A stretch of DNA of 64,000 bases from Candidatus Bathyarchaeia archaeon (GCA_050010755.1 JBEKKK010000001.1:256001-320000), one strand, 5' to 3'. Positions 9,898 through 20,305 are shown, counted from the first letter of the stretch. Notes: a model not told the origin generated them from the sequence alone. Numbers and translations: made by a program.

Positions 9898-10769
9898 AGA
9901 TGGCGGTTTTCTGGGGTTGCTGCATACTCACGAGCCAGTATGCCTATGAAATGTCCATCCGTCAGGTTCTGCCGCATTTCGACATCGAGCTAGTTGACCT
10001 GTCCGAGGCTATTTGCTGCGGCGACCCTATCAAGAGCGTAAATAACTTCTCGGCCGGCTATCTGGCGGCAAGGGCTCTCAGCTTGGCAAGCTCGACTGGG
10101 TTGGGAGATCTACTGGTTCCATGCAACCGCTGCCACTTCACACTCTCAGAAACGAAGAAAACAATACAGGACAACACTACGACTGGTCAAAAGATGTTGG
10201 GTTTGCTGGGAGAGGAAGGCTTGAAGTATGACGCGAACATCAAGATGTGGCACATCATCGATCTCTTGCACGATTATGTTGGACTCAAAAGAATCGAACA
10301 AGCCGTGACAAAACCCCTCAAAGGTTTGAAGGTGGCGACTCATGCCGGCTGCCAAATCATCCGGTACACTGACGTCGGAAGGGTTGACGATGCCGAAAAC
10401 CCGACGAAACTGGACGAGCTGATAAAGGCCTTGGGCGCTGAGGTCGTCGAATACCCCGAGAAACTGGATTGTTGTGGAGCAGCTCTGCTCCGCAGCCATG
10501 CTGACACCGCACTTTCGCTTGCGGGCTCAAAGCTGAAAGCCGTGCAGAATCTCCAAGCGGACGGAATGGTCGTCTCCTGCCCAGAATGCCAGTTGATGTT
10601 TGACGCAAAACAGAAGGACGCTGGAACAACCGTCGGAGCAAAGCTGCACGTTCCAGTGGTCTATTACACCCAACTGCTCGGTTTGGCCATGGGCATCGAC
10701 GAGAAGAAGCTCGGCCTCGATTTGAACCAGAGTCCAGTAGACCAACTTCAAGCGAAGATTTGCGCTTAG
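9894..10769 (+). CDS. hdrB: Heterodisulfide reductase subunit B
   Basis: Two CCG domains (WGC...CCG...CNRC and HAGC...CCG...CPEC), PVVYYTQLLGLAMG; TTG overlaps the hdrC stop. Confidence 0.93.
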   Translation: MKMAVFWGCCILTSQYAYEMSIRQVLPHFDIELVDLSEAICCGDPIKSVNNFSAGYLAARALSLASSTGLGDLLVPCNRCHFTLSETKKTIQDNTTTGQKMLGLLGEEGLKYDANIKMWHIIDLLHDYVGLKRIEQAVTKPLKGLKVATHAGCQIIRYTDVGRVDDAENPTKLDELIKALGAEVVEYPEKLDCCGAALLRSHADTALSLAGSKLKAVQNLQADGMVVSCPECQLMFDAKQKDAGTTVGAKLHVPVVYYTQLLGLAMGIDEKKLGLDLNQSPVDQLQAKICA

Positions 10770-10829
10770 ACCGCCCGAACAACTTTTATGCATGTTACTC
10801 CAAACTCGTTTCCAAAAGGTGAACACATA

Positions 10830-12044
10830 TTGGATTTCAGTTTCACAGAGGAACAGGAGCTTTTCCGCAAAGCAGTTCGAGAATGGTGCGAGAAGAATCT
10901 GCCGATGGAAAAAATAAGGGAAATGGACACTCGGGGCTCGATCCCGCAGGAACTGCTTCGGAGCATGGGCGAAATGGGTTTGCTCATAATGACCGCTCCG
11001 CAAGAACACGGCGGAACCGGCGCCGACTGGGTCACAGCATGCATCGCCGCCGAGGAACTGGGCTATGCAGACGTGAGCATCGCTTTACCCGTGCTTTGGC
11101 TCGTGGAATCATCGTGGGGCTACGTCGTCGACAGGTACGCCAGTGAACAAGTGCGCGAAGCAGTAATTCGGAAAGCGATAAAAGGAGATGCATTCATCGG
11201 AATAGGCTCGACAGAAGCTGGAGGAGGCTCAGACGTCGCCGCCTTCAAGACGACGGCGAAAAAACAGGGCAACGACTGGATTCTCAACGGCGAAAAAGCT
11301 TACATAAGCGGTACCGAAGAAGCGAGGAAGATGGGCGGAGGCTACTTTGTAATTGCCAGAAGCTCACCCGCACCCCCAGAGGCTTCACATCGCGGAATGA
11401 CAGGCTTCTACGTCCCGATGAATGCGCCAGGAGTTGAAATCAACAAACGCTACGAAGACATGGGAAGAATGGCAATCTCGACCGGCGGCTTCCTGATGAA
11501 AAATGTCAAGGTGCCAGACTCGAATCGGCTCGGAGAGGTGGACAGGGGCTTCTACCTTACAATGGAAGGGTTCGACACAGCCCGCATACTCATATCAGCC
11601 GTCTGCACAGGGGCAGCCAGACGCGCTCTGGACACTGGAATTGAATATGTAAAAGAACGAAAAGCCTTCGGAAGACCAATCGGCAAATTCCAAAGCATAC
11701 AGTTTGAGATAGCAGACGACTGGGCCCATCTGGAGGCCTTGCGGTCGCTAACATTCCGCACGGCATGGATGATGGACATGCGCTACAAAGAGAACAAGTT
11801 CGCGCCGCTCGAAGTTACCAAGATTATCGCCGCCTGCAAACTCCTCGCGCCTCACCTAGCATTTGACATCTACAAACACGCGATGATATGGCTCGGCGCT
11901 TACGGATACACGAAAGAATGCCCGTTAGAGATGGGACTGCGAGGCATCATGTCTTACTGCGTCGGCGCTGAGGGCGCAACCAACATTCAAAGAACTGTCA
12001 TAGCCAGAGAACTCTTGGGCAGGGATTTCGTAGCCTACAAATAG
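10830..12044 (+). CDS. Acyl-CoA dehydrogenase
   Basis: DFSFTEEQELFR, TEAGGGSD, LNGEKAYIS, ERKAFGRPIGKFQ, GAYGY, AEGATNIQR; TTG 10830 preceded by aaggtga. Confidence 0.93.
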   Translation: MDFSFTEEQELFRKAVREWCEKNLPMEKIREMDTRGSIPQELLRSMGEMGLLIMTAPQEHGGTGADWVTACIAAEELGYADVSIALPVLWLVESSWGYVVDRYASEQVREAVIRKAIKGDAFIGIGSTEAGGGSDVAAFKTTAKKQGNDWILNGEKAYISGTEEARKMGGGYFVIARSSPAPPEASHRGMTGFYVPMNAPGVEINKRYEDMGRMAISTGGFLMKNVKVPDSNRLGEVDRGFYLTMEGFDTARILISAVCTGAARRALDTGIEYVKERKAFGRPIGKFQSIQFEIADDWAHLEALRSLTFRTAWMMDMRYKENKFAPLEVTKIIAACKLLAPHLAFDIYKHAMIWLGAYGYTKECPLEMGLRGIMSYCVGAEGATNIQRTVIARELLGRDFVAYK

Positions 12045-12086
12045 CTACTTCCCGCTTTTTTGTCCCATTTACAACGGGATAGGATT

Positions 12087-13061
12087 TTACTGGAGTTGTT
12101 TTTTCAAGGCGTCTTTCAGCGCCGGCAGAACCTGGTACAGATCGCCTACCACTCCGTAGTCCGCGATTTCGAATATCGGTGCCTCGGGGTCTTTGTTGAT
12201 GGCCACAATTATCTTGGCATCGCGTATTCCAGCCACGTGCTGGATGACTCCTGAAACTCCAGACGCTATGTACAGTTTGGGTTTGACCTTGTGCCCTGAG
12301 AGGCCAATCCACTCTGAGAACCACTTTCGGTCTTCCACGAGCGGTCTGGAGCAGCCCACTTGGCCGCCGATAACGTCTGCGACCTGCTTCAGCAATGCGA
12401 CATCATCTTTCTTTTCTAAACCCCTTCCGCAGCTGACAATCACTTCAGCTTCTTCAACCCTTTCACTAGAGGTTTCAAGAGGTTTTCTCTCGACAACCTC
12501 AACCCTCGACGGTTCGACCTTGACATCCAGCCGGGCAACTTCTCCCTTGCGCTCCTGTGGAACACGCTTTTCAAATGCCCTGGCCGGCACGGTCACTATC
12601 TGCGGCTTCGACCTAAAAGCCACCCTTGCCAAGGCGTTTCCACCATAGGTTATTCTCTCGCCGATCAGCCTCCCGCTCCCATCTACCTCAACCGCAATGC
12701 AGTCGGGGACACATCCCGCGTCAAGACGCGTCGCGAGTTTGGCTGCGAGAGGCTTCCCGTTCCTCGTAGATCCAATCATCATGATTTCTGGGCGATCCTT
12801 TGCAGCGATGTCGTGGAGGACCCTTAGGTAGGCTTCGTCCTGAAAAATCGTTAATGCGGGGTTATCGACCGCGTAGACCTTGTCCGCCCCGTATCTTACC
12901 AGCTCGTTCGCTTTTTCCTGCGCGTTTTTTCCAAACTGTACAGCCGCAAGCCTGATGTGCAAATTGTCTGCTAGCTCCCTTGCTTTTCCGAGCAGTTCTA
13001 AAGTGAGGTCGTTAGCCTCTGAGAAAACGCAGATTCCGCCCTGCTCGTTCATACCGCTCAC
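12087..13061 (-). CDS. etfA: Electron transfer flavoprotein alpha subunit
   Basis: VIVSCGRG, GCSRP, IGLSG.KVKPKLYIASGVSG.IQH.AG, AINKDPEAPIF. Confidence 0.95.
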   Translation of the reverse strand: MSGMNEQGGICVFSEANDLTLELLGKARELADNLHIRLAAVQFGKNAQEKANELVRYGADKVYAVDNPALTIFQDEAYLRVLHDIAAKDRPEIMMIGSTRNGKPLAAKLATRLDAGCVPDCIAVEVDGSGRLIGERITYGGNALARVAFRSKPQIVTVPARAFEKRVPQERKGEVARLDVKVEPSRVEVVERKPLETSSERVEEAEVIVSCGRGLEKKDDVALLKQVADVIGGQVGCSRPLVEDRKWFSEWIGLSGHKVKPKLYIASGVSGVIQHVAGIRDAKIIVAINKDPEAPIFEIADYGVVGDLYQVLPALKDALKKQLQ

Positions 13062-13846
13062 TTCCCGATGACTCCTTCTTGAATTAACGCTTTAGCCAGT
13101 TTTTCAGCTATTTCCTGCACTGTGTCGCCCTTGATGATTATTTTTTTTCTCTCCATTTTAGGTGCTAAAGCCTCCAAGACTTCCACCTTAGAAACGATTT
13201 TCTCCTTTTGTGTGTCAATGTCTGCAAGCGTCCACTTGACTATTTCTTTCTTAGAGGCTTTCATTATCATCATAAGGGATGGGATTCTCGGCTGATTTAT
13301 CTCTCTCGTCACTGTTACCACGGCAGGAATCTTCGTCTTCACCACCTCGCTTGAGTCTTCAAGTGCTCTTTCTGCAACTATCGTGTCACCGTCCACAGTG
13401 AGTTTCCTGACCGAGCTTACCTGGGGCAAACCCAGAAGTTCTGAGAGCCTAGAGCCTACCAGTCCAGAAAAACTGTCCAGAGAAGATTCACCGCCCAGAA
13501 TCAGGTCAAATTCTCCGATTTTCCTCACCATTTGAGCAAGAATGTAAGCAGTGCCCAGAGTGTCTACCGCCTGAACCGCAGGATCATTCACAAAGTATGC
13601 CTTGTCGGCTCCCATCGCCAGCGCTTCCCGCAGAATCGCCTTGGCATCTTCTGAGTCGATGGTCAAAGTGAATATTTCGATTCCGCCAAGTTTCTCCTTG
13701 ATTCTTAGGGCCTCTTCCAGGGCGTTCTTGTCGAAATCGCTGATTTTTCTAGGCGCTCCAGCGGTTATCAACTGTCTCGTCGCAGGATCGATCTTCAACT
13801 GTGAGACATCAACCGCCTGTTTTAGACAGACGATTATGCGTTTCAT
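13058..13846 (-). CDS. etfB: Electron transfer flavoprotein beta subunit
   Basis: IIVCLKQAVD, DKNALEEALRIKE, ALAMGAD, DTLGTA, NQPRIPSL. Confidence 0.95.
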   Translation of the reverse strand: MKRIIVCLKQAVDVSQLKIDPATRQLITAGAPRKISDFDKNALEEALRIKEKLGGIEIFTLTIDSEDAKAILREALAMGADKAYFVNDPAVQAVDTLGTAYILAQMVRKIGEFDLILGGESSLDSFSGLVGSRLSELLGLPQVSSVRKLTVDGDTIVAERALEDSSEVVKTKIPAVVTVTREINQPRIPSLMMIMKASKKEIVKWTLADIDTQKEKIVSKVEVLEALAPKMERKKIIIKGDTVQEIAEKLAKALIQEGVIGK

Positions 13847-14044
13847 ACAGTTTTACCTCTTGCAGTCAGTTTAAATCGGGAAACTAGGAACTTGACATTT
13901 GTAATAAAAGAGTTTCGCCTCGCCTGTTATAATTCAACAAGGCTCGCTCGCAAGGATGAAGAACGCTAGTCCCTAGTACACGCGGGTGAATTCCAATCTG
14001 ACCTCGGGCACGCTTACTCTCTAGGCGAAGTTTTCAAAGGTCGT

Positions 14045-15196
14045 TTAAAGCGCTGCAAGTTTCTTCTGAGCTGCTGCCAATCCAACGCCAAGTCCGCACA
14101 TGCAACCCAGACGCGTCAAAGTAGTCTCTACGGCTCCTATGGTTGAAAGAATATCATTTTCGCCAACATTCCCCATGTGGCCCACTCTGAAGCCTTTGCC
14201 CTTTATCGGTCCGATGGTCGAAGCGACGATTATTCCAAGCTTTCGCATTTCACTCCTGAATGATCCGTCTTCGATTTTCTCAGGGTAATAGGCTGCTGTG
14301 AGAGTGTCTGCCCTACATTTTTCTTGTGCCACGATTTCGATTTTCAGGGCGTCCATTGCGGCTCGGAAAGCTTCAGCTATTATGTGATGCCTCTTGAACC
14401 TGGTTTCCAAACCTTCTGCGAGAATTGATCTCAAGGATTCGGAAAGAGCATATATCATGTTAACAGGCGGAGTGGCAAAATACTTCGAAGGATCCATCAT
14501 TATGGGCAACCAATTCCTTATGTCACCATACCACATTCCAACAGGAGTCTTTCTGTCTTCCAGAAGACTCAGGACTCGGTCATTCATCGAAAACAGAGCC
14601 AAGCCCGGCGGAAGCCCTATGCACTTTTGAGATCCGCTCACACAGGCGTCTATTTCCCAGTCGTCGACCCGAACCTCTATTCCCCCTAGAGAACACACGG
14701 TATCAACAATGTAGAATGCATCGCTGTTGTCTTTCACAGCCCGACCAATTTCTTTTATTGGGTTGACAACACCTGTTGAAGTATCCACGTGAGTAACAGT
14801 GACCGCTTTGTAGTCGTCTTCCTTCAAAGCTTTTTTGACCTGATGCGATTCCACACATTTGCCCCATGGTATCTCCAAGGTTTTTTGCACGGCTCCGTGA
14901 GCCTTCGAGATTTTTGCGAAATAATCGCCGAAATATCCGTTGACAACGTTAAGAACTTTGTCGCCCGGCTCTATTATGTTCGCGATTCCAATTTCTAAGG
15001 CCAATGTTCCGGATCCGGCGAGAGCAAAAACCTGATGTTTGGTCATGAATACGCGTCTCAGGTTCTCGAGCGCTTCTTTGAAGGTTTCGACAAACTGCGG
15101 ATCCGTATGTGCAAGAGTTGGTTTACACAATGCACGCAGAACTGCTGGATCCACATTCGTCGGACCAGGAATCATCAGAAGCTTTCTTTCGCTCAT
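14045..15196 (-). CDS. Class V PLP aminotransferase (alanine-glyoxylate/serine-pyruvate type)
   Basis: LLMIPGPT, GSGT, HVDTSTG, VDTVCSLGG, SGSQKC...PPGL, FRVGHMG. Confidence 0.92.
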   Translation of the reverse strand: MSERKLLMIPGPTNVDPAVLRALCKPTLAHTDPQFVETFKEALENLRRVFMTKHQVFALAGSGTLALEIGIANIIEPGDKVLNVVNGYFGDYFAKISKAHGAVQKTLEIPWGKCVESHQVKKALKEDDYKAVTVTHVDTSTGVVNPIKEIGRAVKDNSDAFYIVDTVCSLGGIEVRVDDWEIDACVSGSQKCIGLPPGLALFSMNDRVLSLLEDRKTPVGMWYGDIRNWLPIMMDPSKYFATPPVNMIYALSESLRSILAEGLETRFKRHHIIAEAFRAAMDALKIEIVAQEKCRADTLTAAYYPEKIEDGSFRSEMRKLGIIVASTIGPIKGKGFRVGHMGNVGENDILSTIGAVETTLTRLGCMCGLGVGLAAAQKKLAAL

Positions 15197-15399
15197 AAGG
15201 ACTCACAAACCAGTTGATGTTTGGACAGAATATTCTTTCACCTTCTTTATAATGATTATGTGCGGGTTAGACGGACAAGTTCTACCGTGAGCTGAGTGTT
15301 TCGACTATCAAACGCTGCATGATTGAAAGAAAGTCAGAAACCATTAGATATTGAAATGATCCTGCAGTGACATTCGATACAGCATCATGGACGTGTAGG

Positions 15400-16509
15400 C
15401 TAAATGATCAGCCGCTCTGTTGACATGTTGCTGAGCATTTTGCTGTTCCTTCGGGTGACAGTTACGTTGTCCTCAATTCTGACCCCAAACTTCCCGAAGA
15501 AGTATATTCCAGGCTCAATCGTGAACGCCATGCCCGGTGCCAATTCCATTCTGTTGCCTTGAACGATGTACGGTTCCTCGTGCACGTCTAACCCCAGCCC
15601 ATGACCAGTCCGATGAGTGAAGTACTCGCTATATCCTGCCTTTTCTATAACGTTCCTTGCTGCAGAGTCAACTTCTTCAGCGGTGATACCTGATTTCACG
15701 CTTTTTACAGCTTCGTCGTGGGCGTTGGAGACGATATCATAAATGTTTTTTTCCTTTTCAGTAGATCCTCCGACGAAAACGGTTCGTGTGAGGTCGCCAC
15801 AGTATCCTTCGCACACGGCCCCCACATCCATTAGCACGATATCTTTTTCGCCAACTTTTCGGTTTGATGTTTCGCCGTGGGGAAGAGCAGAATTCGCCCC
15901 GGAAAGGACGATGCAGAAGGGAACGCTTTCGCCGCCGCTCTCTTTAATGGTGCGCTCTATTTGACAGGAAATTGCCAGTTCGGTGACGCCTGGTTTTATG
16001 AAATCTATTCCCGCCTTTATCCCGTCTCCCACAAAACCTGCAGCTTTCTCTATCAATTTAAGTTCGTTTTCCGACTTTATCCGTCTGAGCTGACTGAAAA
16101 AGGGTGAAGCGTCAATGGCCTTTGTTTTTAATGACTTAGCAGTCAGCATATTGCAGAATTTAAATGGCAGGGTGCCCTCAACTCCGAAAGTAGCCTTCTC
16201 CAGCTTAAGCTCTTTTATCACCTTGTTGAGCAAAGACGCAGGAGACTCTGAATCGGAATAGCTTCTTATTTCGTTAAAAGCGGATTTCTCCTCCGCCTTC
16301 GTCTTCTCCAGCCTCGGAACTATAACTACAGGAGTGCCAGTCGCGACTGGGATAACTATTCCAGCGAACCTTTCCATGGACAAGGTTGAAAAGCCAGCTA
16401 AATATCGCATGTTCTTTTCGGAGACGACCAAGAAAGCATTTATTCCTGCCTTCTTGCCAAGAGTTTTTAACCCCTGTATTCTGGTTTCAAATGCCGACAT
16501 GCTTTTCAT
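15400..16509 (-). CDS. Xaa-Pro peptidase / prolidase (M24B)
   Basis: Creatinase-like N-domain; metal ligands in MDVG, GDLTRT, HRTGHGLGLDVHE, TIEPG, RIED. Confidence 0.93.
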   Translation of the reverse strand: MKSMSAFETRIQGLKTLGKKAGINAFLVVSEKNMRYLAGFSTLSMERFAGIVIPVATGTPVVIVPRLEKTKAEEKSAFNEIRSYSDSESPASLLNKVIKELKLEKATFGVEGTLPFKFCNMLTAKSLKTKAIDASPFFSQLRRIKSENELKLIEKAAGFVGDGIKAGIDFIKPGVTELAISCQIERTIKESGGESVPFCIVLSGANSALPHGETSNRKVGEKDIVLMDVGAVCEGYCGDLTRTVFVGGSTEKEKNIYDIVSNAHDEAVKSVKSGITAEEVDSAARNVIEKAGYSEYFTHRTGHGLGLDVHEEPYIVQGNRMELAPGMAFTIEPGIYFFGKFGVRIEDNVTVTRRNSKMLSNMSTERLII

Positions 16510-16601
16510 CTTCGTGATGCTTGAGATTATCCTTGGCCTGGATATATTAACTCGCTGCAAAAGAAGGGGGAACGTCAACCATAAATAAGTCGGAACCCGA
16601 G

Positions 16602-17222
16602 GTGAGTTTTGGAGACCGCAGGTTGAAGACGATTAGAAACGAGAACTTGTGGATACGGCTGGGCAGCATGTGGACGGTTGGCTTCGCGATTCTTTTCTTG
16701 ACCTGGGCCTTGAGCTTTAGATCTCTCCCAGAAGGTGTCATACGGGGAAGTTCGGGCGCTTATTATGTGCCGGTGAAGGCACAAGACACCACTATGACTT
16801 TCGTACGATTTTTTTTGTGGAACATTTTCGTGGGCTGCATCCCAGTGGCGATTGGCAGCTTGGTCCGGGTGAAAGGCATTCCACTGGGCTATCTTTTGAC
16901 ATTTTATCACTGGGGCATTTACGGAGTTCTCCTCGGGACCAACTCCTTTGTGATTCCAGGAGCAGGCAAATTTATCCCATCCCTCACAACGCTGTTCTAT
17001 GGAAGCGGAATCTATGAGATTACAGCCTACACTCTTATTTCCTCAGCCACCTTCGCTCTGTATAACCGAATTGGAAATCCCAGTGGCAATTTAGATTCAG
17101 CCAGAAAGCAGAAGACGTTCGCTCTGAGGCTTTCAAAAACTGAGTTGACCACCATTGCGTTTGCTATTCTGATCCTGGCCGTAGCTAACTACTATGAGGC
17201 ATGGTCCATCTTTCACATCTGA
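16602..17222 (+). CDS. Membrane protein, possibly SpoIIM-like
   Basis: About 5 hydrophobic segments; FF.WN, GIYE and ANYYE motifs resemble SpoIIM-type proteins. Confidence 0.55.
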   Translation: MSFGDRRLKTIRNENLWIRLGSMWTVGFAILFLTWALSFRSLPEGVIRGSSGAYYVPVKAQDTTMTFVRFFLWNIFVGCIPVAIGSLVRVKGIPLGYLLTFYHWGIYGVLLGTNSFVIPGAGKFIPSLTTLFYGSGIYEITAYTLISSATFALYNRIGNPSGNLDSARKQKTFALRLSKTELTTIAFAILILAVANYYEAWSIFHI

Positions 17223-17465
17223 AGGAAAGGACAAAACGATCTATTTTTCCAGACGCTTCAATCATGTCTTCAATCGACCTGAACCCGATGTCAAAACCAA
17301 AGCGTCCTAATGACAACAGTCCGAGCAGGGTGCACACAAGTAGAGTCTTGGACGCTCTAGAGCTTGAGCTCCAGCGTCTAAAAGTGGTTTATTCTAACAA
17401 TTTTGCATGTCTCCCAAAAGCAATAAATAACTTGAAATTTAATGGTTGAATAAACGTGATGGTAA

Positions 17466-17915
17466 GTGTCGAAAACTGAGAAACGCGTGGCTATAATAAT
17501 TTGTGATCGTTACCACACATGCGCAGGCGGCAAGTGCTTGAGAGCCTTGAAGAACAGGGAGGGAGCCTTCAGCTTATACAAGGACCAAGACGTTGAGCTA
17601 GTAGGTTATACCACTTGCGGAGGGTGCCCTGGCGGAAACATCGAGTACTGCGTCGAAGAAATGAAGAAAAACGGAGCTGACGTCGTTCATTTCGCGACAG
17701 GAATGGTTGTAGGCTATCCACCATGTGCCTACATCGACGACCTTCGAAAGTTTGTCAAGCAAAAGTACGAAATAGAGGTAGTTGTGGGCACGCATCCGAT
17801 TCCACAGAAGTATTACTTGACCCATCAGGCTTTAGGAACTTGGAACTCGCCCAGCTGGAAAGAAAAAATCAAGTACGTAGTCACAGACGAGCAAACACGA
17901 TTAAAATACAATTGA
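17466..17915 (+). CDS. CGGC-domain protein
   Basis: IIIC...CAGGKC, TCGGCPG, VHFATG, PPC, VVVGTH. Confidence 0.9.
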   Translation: MSKTEKRVAIIICDRYHTCAGGKCLRALKNREGAFSLYKDQDVELVGYTTCGGCPGGNIEYCVEEMKKNGADVVHFATGMVVGYPPCAYIDDLRKFVKQKYEIEVVVGTHPIPQKYYLTHQALGTWNSPSWKEKIKYVVTDEQTRLKYN

Positions 17916-18007
17916 TTCTAATTTCCTCCGTTTTTTACTGAGATGCACCACATTTCCAGTTAGCTTTAGGACAAAATTTTTATTCATTTTGATACACTGT
18001 CGAAGAG

Positions 18008-19057
18008 GTGAAAAATTTGTCTTGGTACATGGAACTGGGAAAAGCCGCAGACACTTTGGTGAACTATGTCCTAAGAGTGAAAAAGAACGAGGACGTCCTG
18101 ATATATGGAGACGACATCGTTGACTTCGAAGTGATGAAGGCCACTGCCGCCGCCGTGAAAACGGCTGGAGCAACACCGACCATAGTTGTTCATGAAACGC
18201 GAGAGATATCATTCACTGAACCCCCGAAGCCGCTCGCCGCTGCAATGATGGATTCAGATGTCACAGTGGAATTCTCGGCAAGAGCAATTCTCTACACCAC
18301 AGGTCAAACAAACGCTTTGAAGAGAAACCGGGCTTACATCTGCCTAACTTCTCTTGACCGCGAGGCAATGGTCAGAACTTTGGGCTGGGTGAACTACCCG
18401 AAAATGGTTGAGCTGGGAGACAAACTTGCCGAAATGACGACGAAGGCCAAAGAGATCAAAGTAACGAGCCCTTCTGGGACAAACTTCTCAGCCCAGATAG
18501 GCGGACGAAAGTTTGAGAACTTCGGTGGCACAGCTGACAAAAGAAAAGTCATAATGTTAGGCGGCCAGACCGGTGGCGCTCCGATAGAGGAAACAGAAAA
18601 TGGTATCCTTGCTTTTGACGGAAACGTTTGGCCTCCAGATGAAATCAAGGCGAACATAAAAACTCCCATAAAATGCAAGGTTGAAAAAGGAGTCATAACA
18701 GAAATCTCTGGAGGTATCGAGGCTGACGTACTACGAAGGTACATGGCAAGCCTCAACGACAAGAACCTGTATCGCATAGCCCACGTCTGCTACGGATACC
18801 ATCCAAAGGCGAGAGTCACAGGCGACATATCTGAAGTCGAAAGAGTCTGGGGCTGCTTCCAAGTCGGATGGGGGTCTCAAGGACCACTCCTCAGACCAGA
18901 CCTAAAGGGCCAATTTGGATGGAGAGCTGCATCACATGACGACGGCATTATACTGAAAGCGTCAATATACCTCGACGGCGAAGCCATCCAAAAAGATGGG
19001 AAATTCGTCCATCCAGACTTGATCCCGCTAGTAAAGGCAATGGGCGTAGTGCAATAG
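18008..19057 (+). CDS. M29-fold metalloenzyme, NicX-like variant (paralog 1)
   Basis: AmpT-like fold (VTSPSGT, FDG..WPP, ISGG.EA) with GGQ, AHVCYG, EVERVWG and SHDDGI site motifs. Confidence 0.8.
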   Translation: MKNLSWYMELGKAADTLVNYVLRVKKNEDVLIYGDDIVDFEVMKATAAAVKTAGATPTIVVHETREISFTEPPKPLAAAMMDSDVTVEFSARAILYTTGQTNALKRNRAYICLTSLDREAMVRTLGWVNYPKMVELGDKLAEMTTKAKEIKVTSPSGTNFSAQIGGRKFENFGGTADKRKVIMLGGQTGGAPIEETENGILAFDGNVWPPDEIKANIKTPIKCKVEKGVITEISGGIEADVLRRYMASLNDKNLYRIAHVCYGYHPKARVTGDISEVERVWGCFQVGWGSQGPLLRPDLKGQFGWRAASHDDGIILKASIYLDGEAIQKDGKFVHPDLIPLVKAMGVVQ

Positions 19058-19264
19058 ATCACTGGAAAACTCTACCGCCCACCACTTTCCTTTTTTCTGG
19101 AAACCTCGTCAAAGGGTTCTCAGGCTTCTTAGCCTTTAAAATTATCTTCTTCAGATGAACTTGGCAGGTCGCGGCAGTTCACTCACGATAAGAAGAATCT
19201 TCGTCCTTTGGAGATTCTTATTTTACAATAAACACGAAAAAAAGACATGAAAAAAGAGGTCTTT

Positions 19265-20305
19265 CTATGCGAGCAGTTTTCCGTCTTTCATTACGGTTTT
19301 TCCGTCGAGCATCCACGTCGGTTTTGGAACGACGAAGTCTTGATGCAGGTCGGTCGACACTTTCCCGCCCATGTGTGAGTTGTCGCCTATAGCCAAGTGC
19401 ACTGTTCCTCTTATCTTCTCGCATTCGAGAAGGTTATCTGGCCGCTTTGCGTTTGGGTTTGTCCCTATCCCAAGTTCGGCTAGGTTTCTTCGCGAAAGAT
19501 ACGGTTCCTCTTTTTTGCTGAAGTCAAGCAATTTCCGGAATTCGTCGCCAACCTTTCCTCCGCCAATTATTCCAGTGACTTTTCCATCCTTAAAGACCAA
19601 GGTCATTTTCTCTTTGAGGTCTGCGCACCAGTTTGGCTCCACCACGAGGTTGCCGCCAGCCGTGCCTTCTACTGGTGTGGTGTATGCTTCTCCTGCCGGC
19701 AGGTTGCCCCAAGAGCCTTTCTCGTTGAATATTCCCGTGTCGACCTTACCGTTTCTGTCTTTCACGCTGAAAACGATGTTTGTGCCTCCTGGCGAGGTTA
19801 CCTTAGCTTCGCTGGCTTTTGTAATCCAATCTGCAATTCTTTTAGTTTCTTTTTCTATGAGTTGATAGTCAGCAGCCATGGGTCCGCCCTTGGAAAACAT
19901 TTCTGCCACGAAGGTTGGCATGCTCGCGACTCTTCCTCCAGCTTTGCACGCGTTGACGCGTGCATCGGTGTGAGTGAGCGAATAGGTTGTTATTGCAATA
20001 GTCACGTCTGCGTTCTTCATTTTCTCTTCGACTTCCTTTCCCGGATGAGTTCCATGTTGACCAACCGAAGGATAAGTGTAGAACTCGACAGGGTTTTTGG
20101 GGAATTTTTCTGCCGCGATTTCGCTGACCATCTTTGCCAAGATAGACCGTTCGGCTGCTTCTGCCAATTTTTCGCTAGTCTTGGTTTTCCATTCTGCGGC
20201 TGTTGGAACATCGTTGACAACCAGCACTTTCTCGCCATCTTTCAGTGCCATGTTCACTTTCAACATGTTCACGACGCCGTTCACAATTTTGTCCTTCTCG
20301 ATCAT
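19265..20305 (-). CDS. Aminopeptidase M29 (AmpT/AmpS-like, canonical dimetal site)
   Basis: NLPAGE, NLAELGIGTN, ECEKIRGTVHLAIG, LHQD; start moved to ATG 20305. Confidence 0.9.
   Translation of the reverse strand: MIEKDKIVNGVVNMLKVNMALKDGEKVLVVNDVPTAAEWKTKTSEKLAEAAERSILAKMVSEIAAEKFPKNPVEFYTYPSVGQHGTHPGKEVEEKMKNADVTIAITTYSLTHTDARVNACKAGGRVASMPTFVAEMFSKGGPMAADYQLIEKETKRIADWITKASEAKVTSPGGTNIVFSVKDRNGKVDTGIFNEKGSWGNLPAGEAYTTPVEGTAGGNLVVEPNWCADLKEKMTLVFKDGKVTGIIGGGKVGDEFRKLLDFSKKEEPYLSRRNLAELGIGTNPNAKRPDNLLECEKIRGTVHLAIGDNSHMGGKVSTDLHQDFVVPKPTWMLDGKTVMKDGKLLA

Noticed and set aside
7380-10769. hdrABC as evidence of methanogenesis or anaerobic methane oxidation
   Set aside because: No mcr or mtr genes are in the window, and Hdr is widespread in non-methanogenic anaerobes.
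13981-13992. 12-mer cgcgggtgaatt that also occurs near 61915
   Set aside because: Many 12-nt matches are expected by chance in 64 kb, and the flanks are not similar.
13950-14005. ATGAAGA...CTGA resembling a C/D box sRNA
   Set aside because: The internal D' and C' boxes and guide lengths do not fit, and I could not identify an rRNA target.
17201-17449. 82-aa ORF between the membrane protein and the CGGC gene
   Set aside because: It overlaps the upstream gene end, runs through the likely promoter, and has no protein-like motif.
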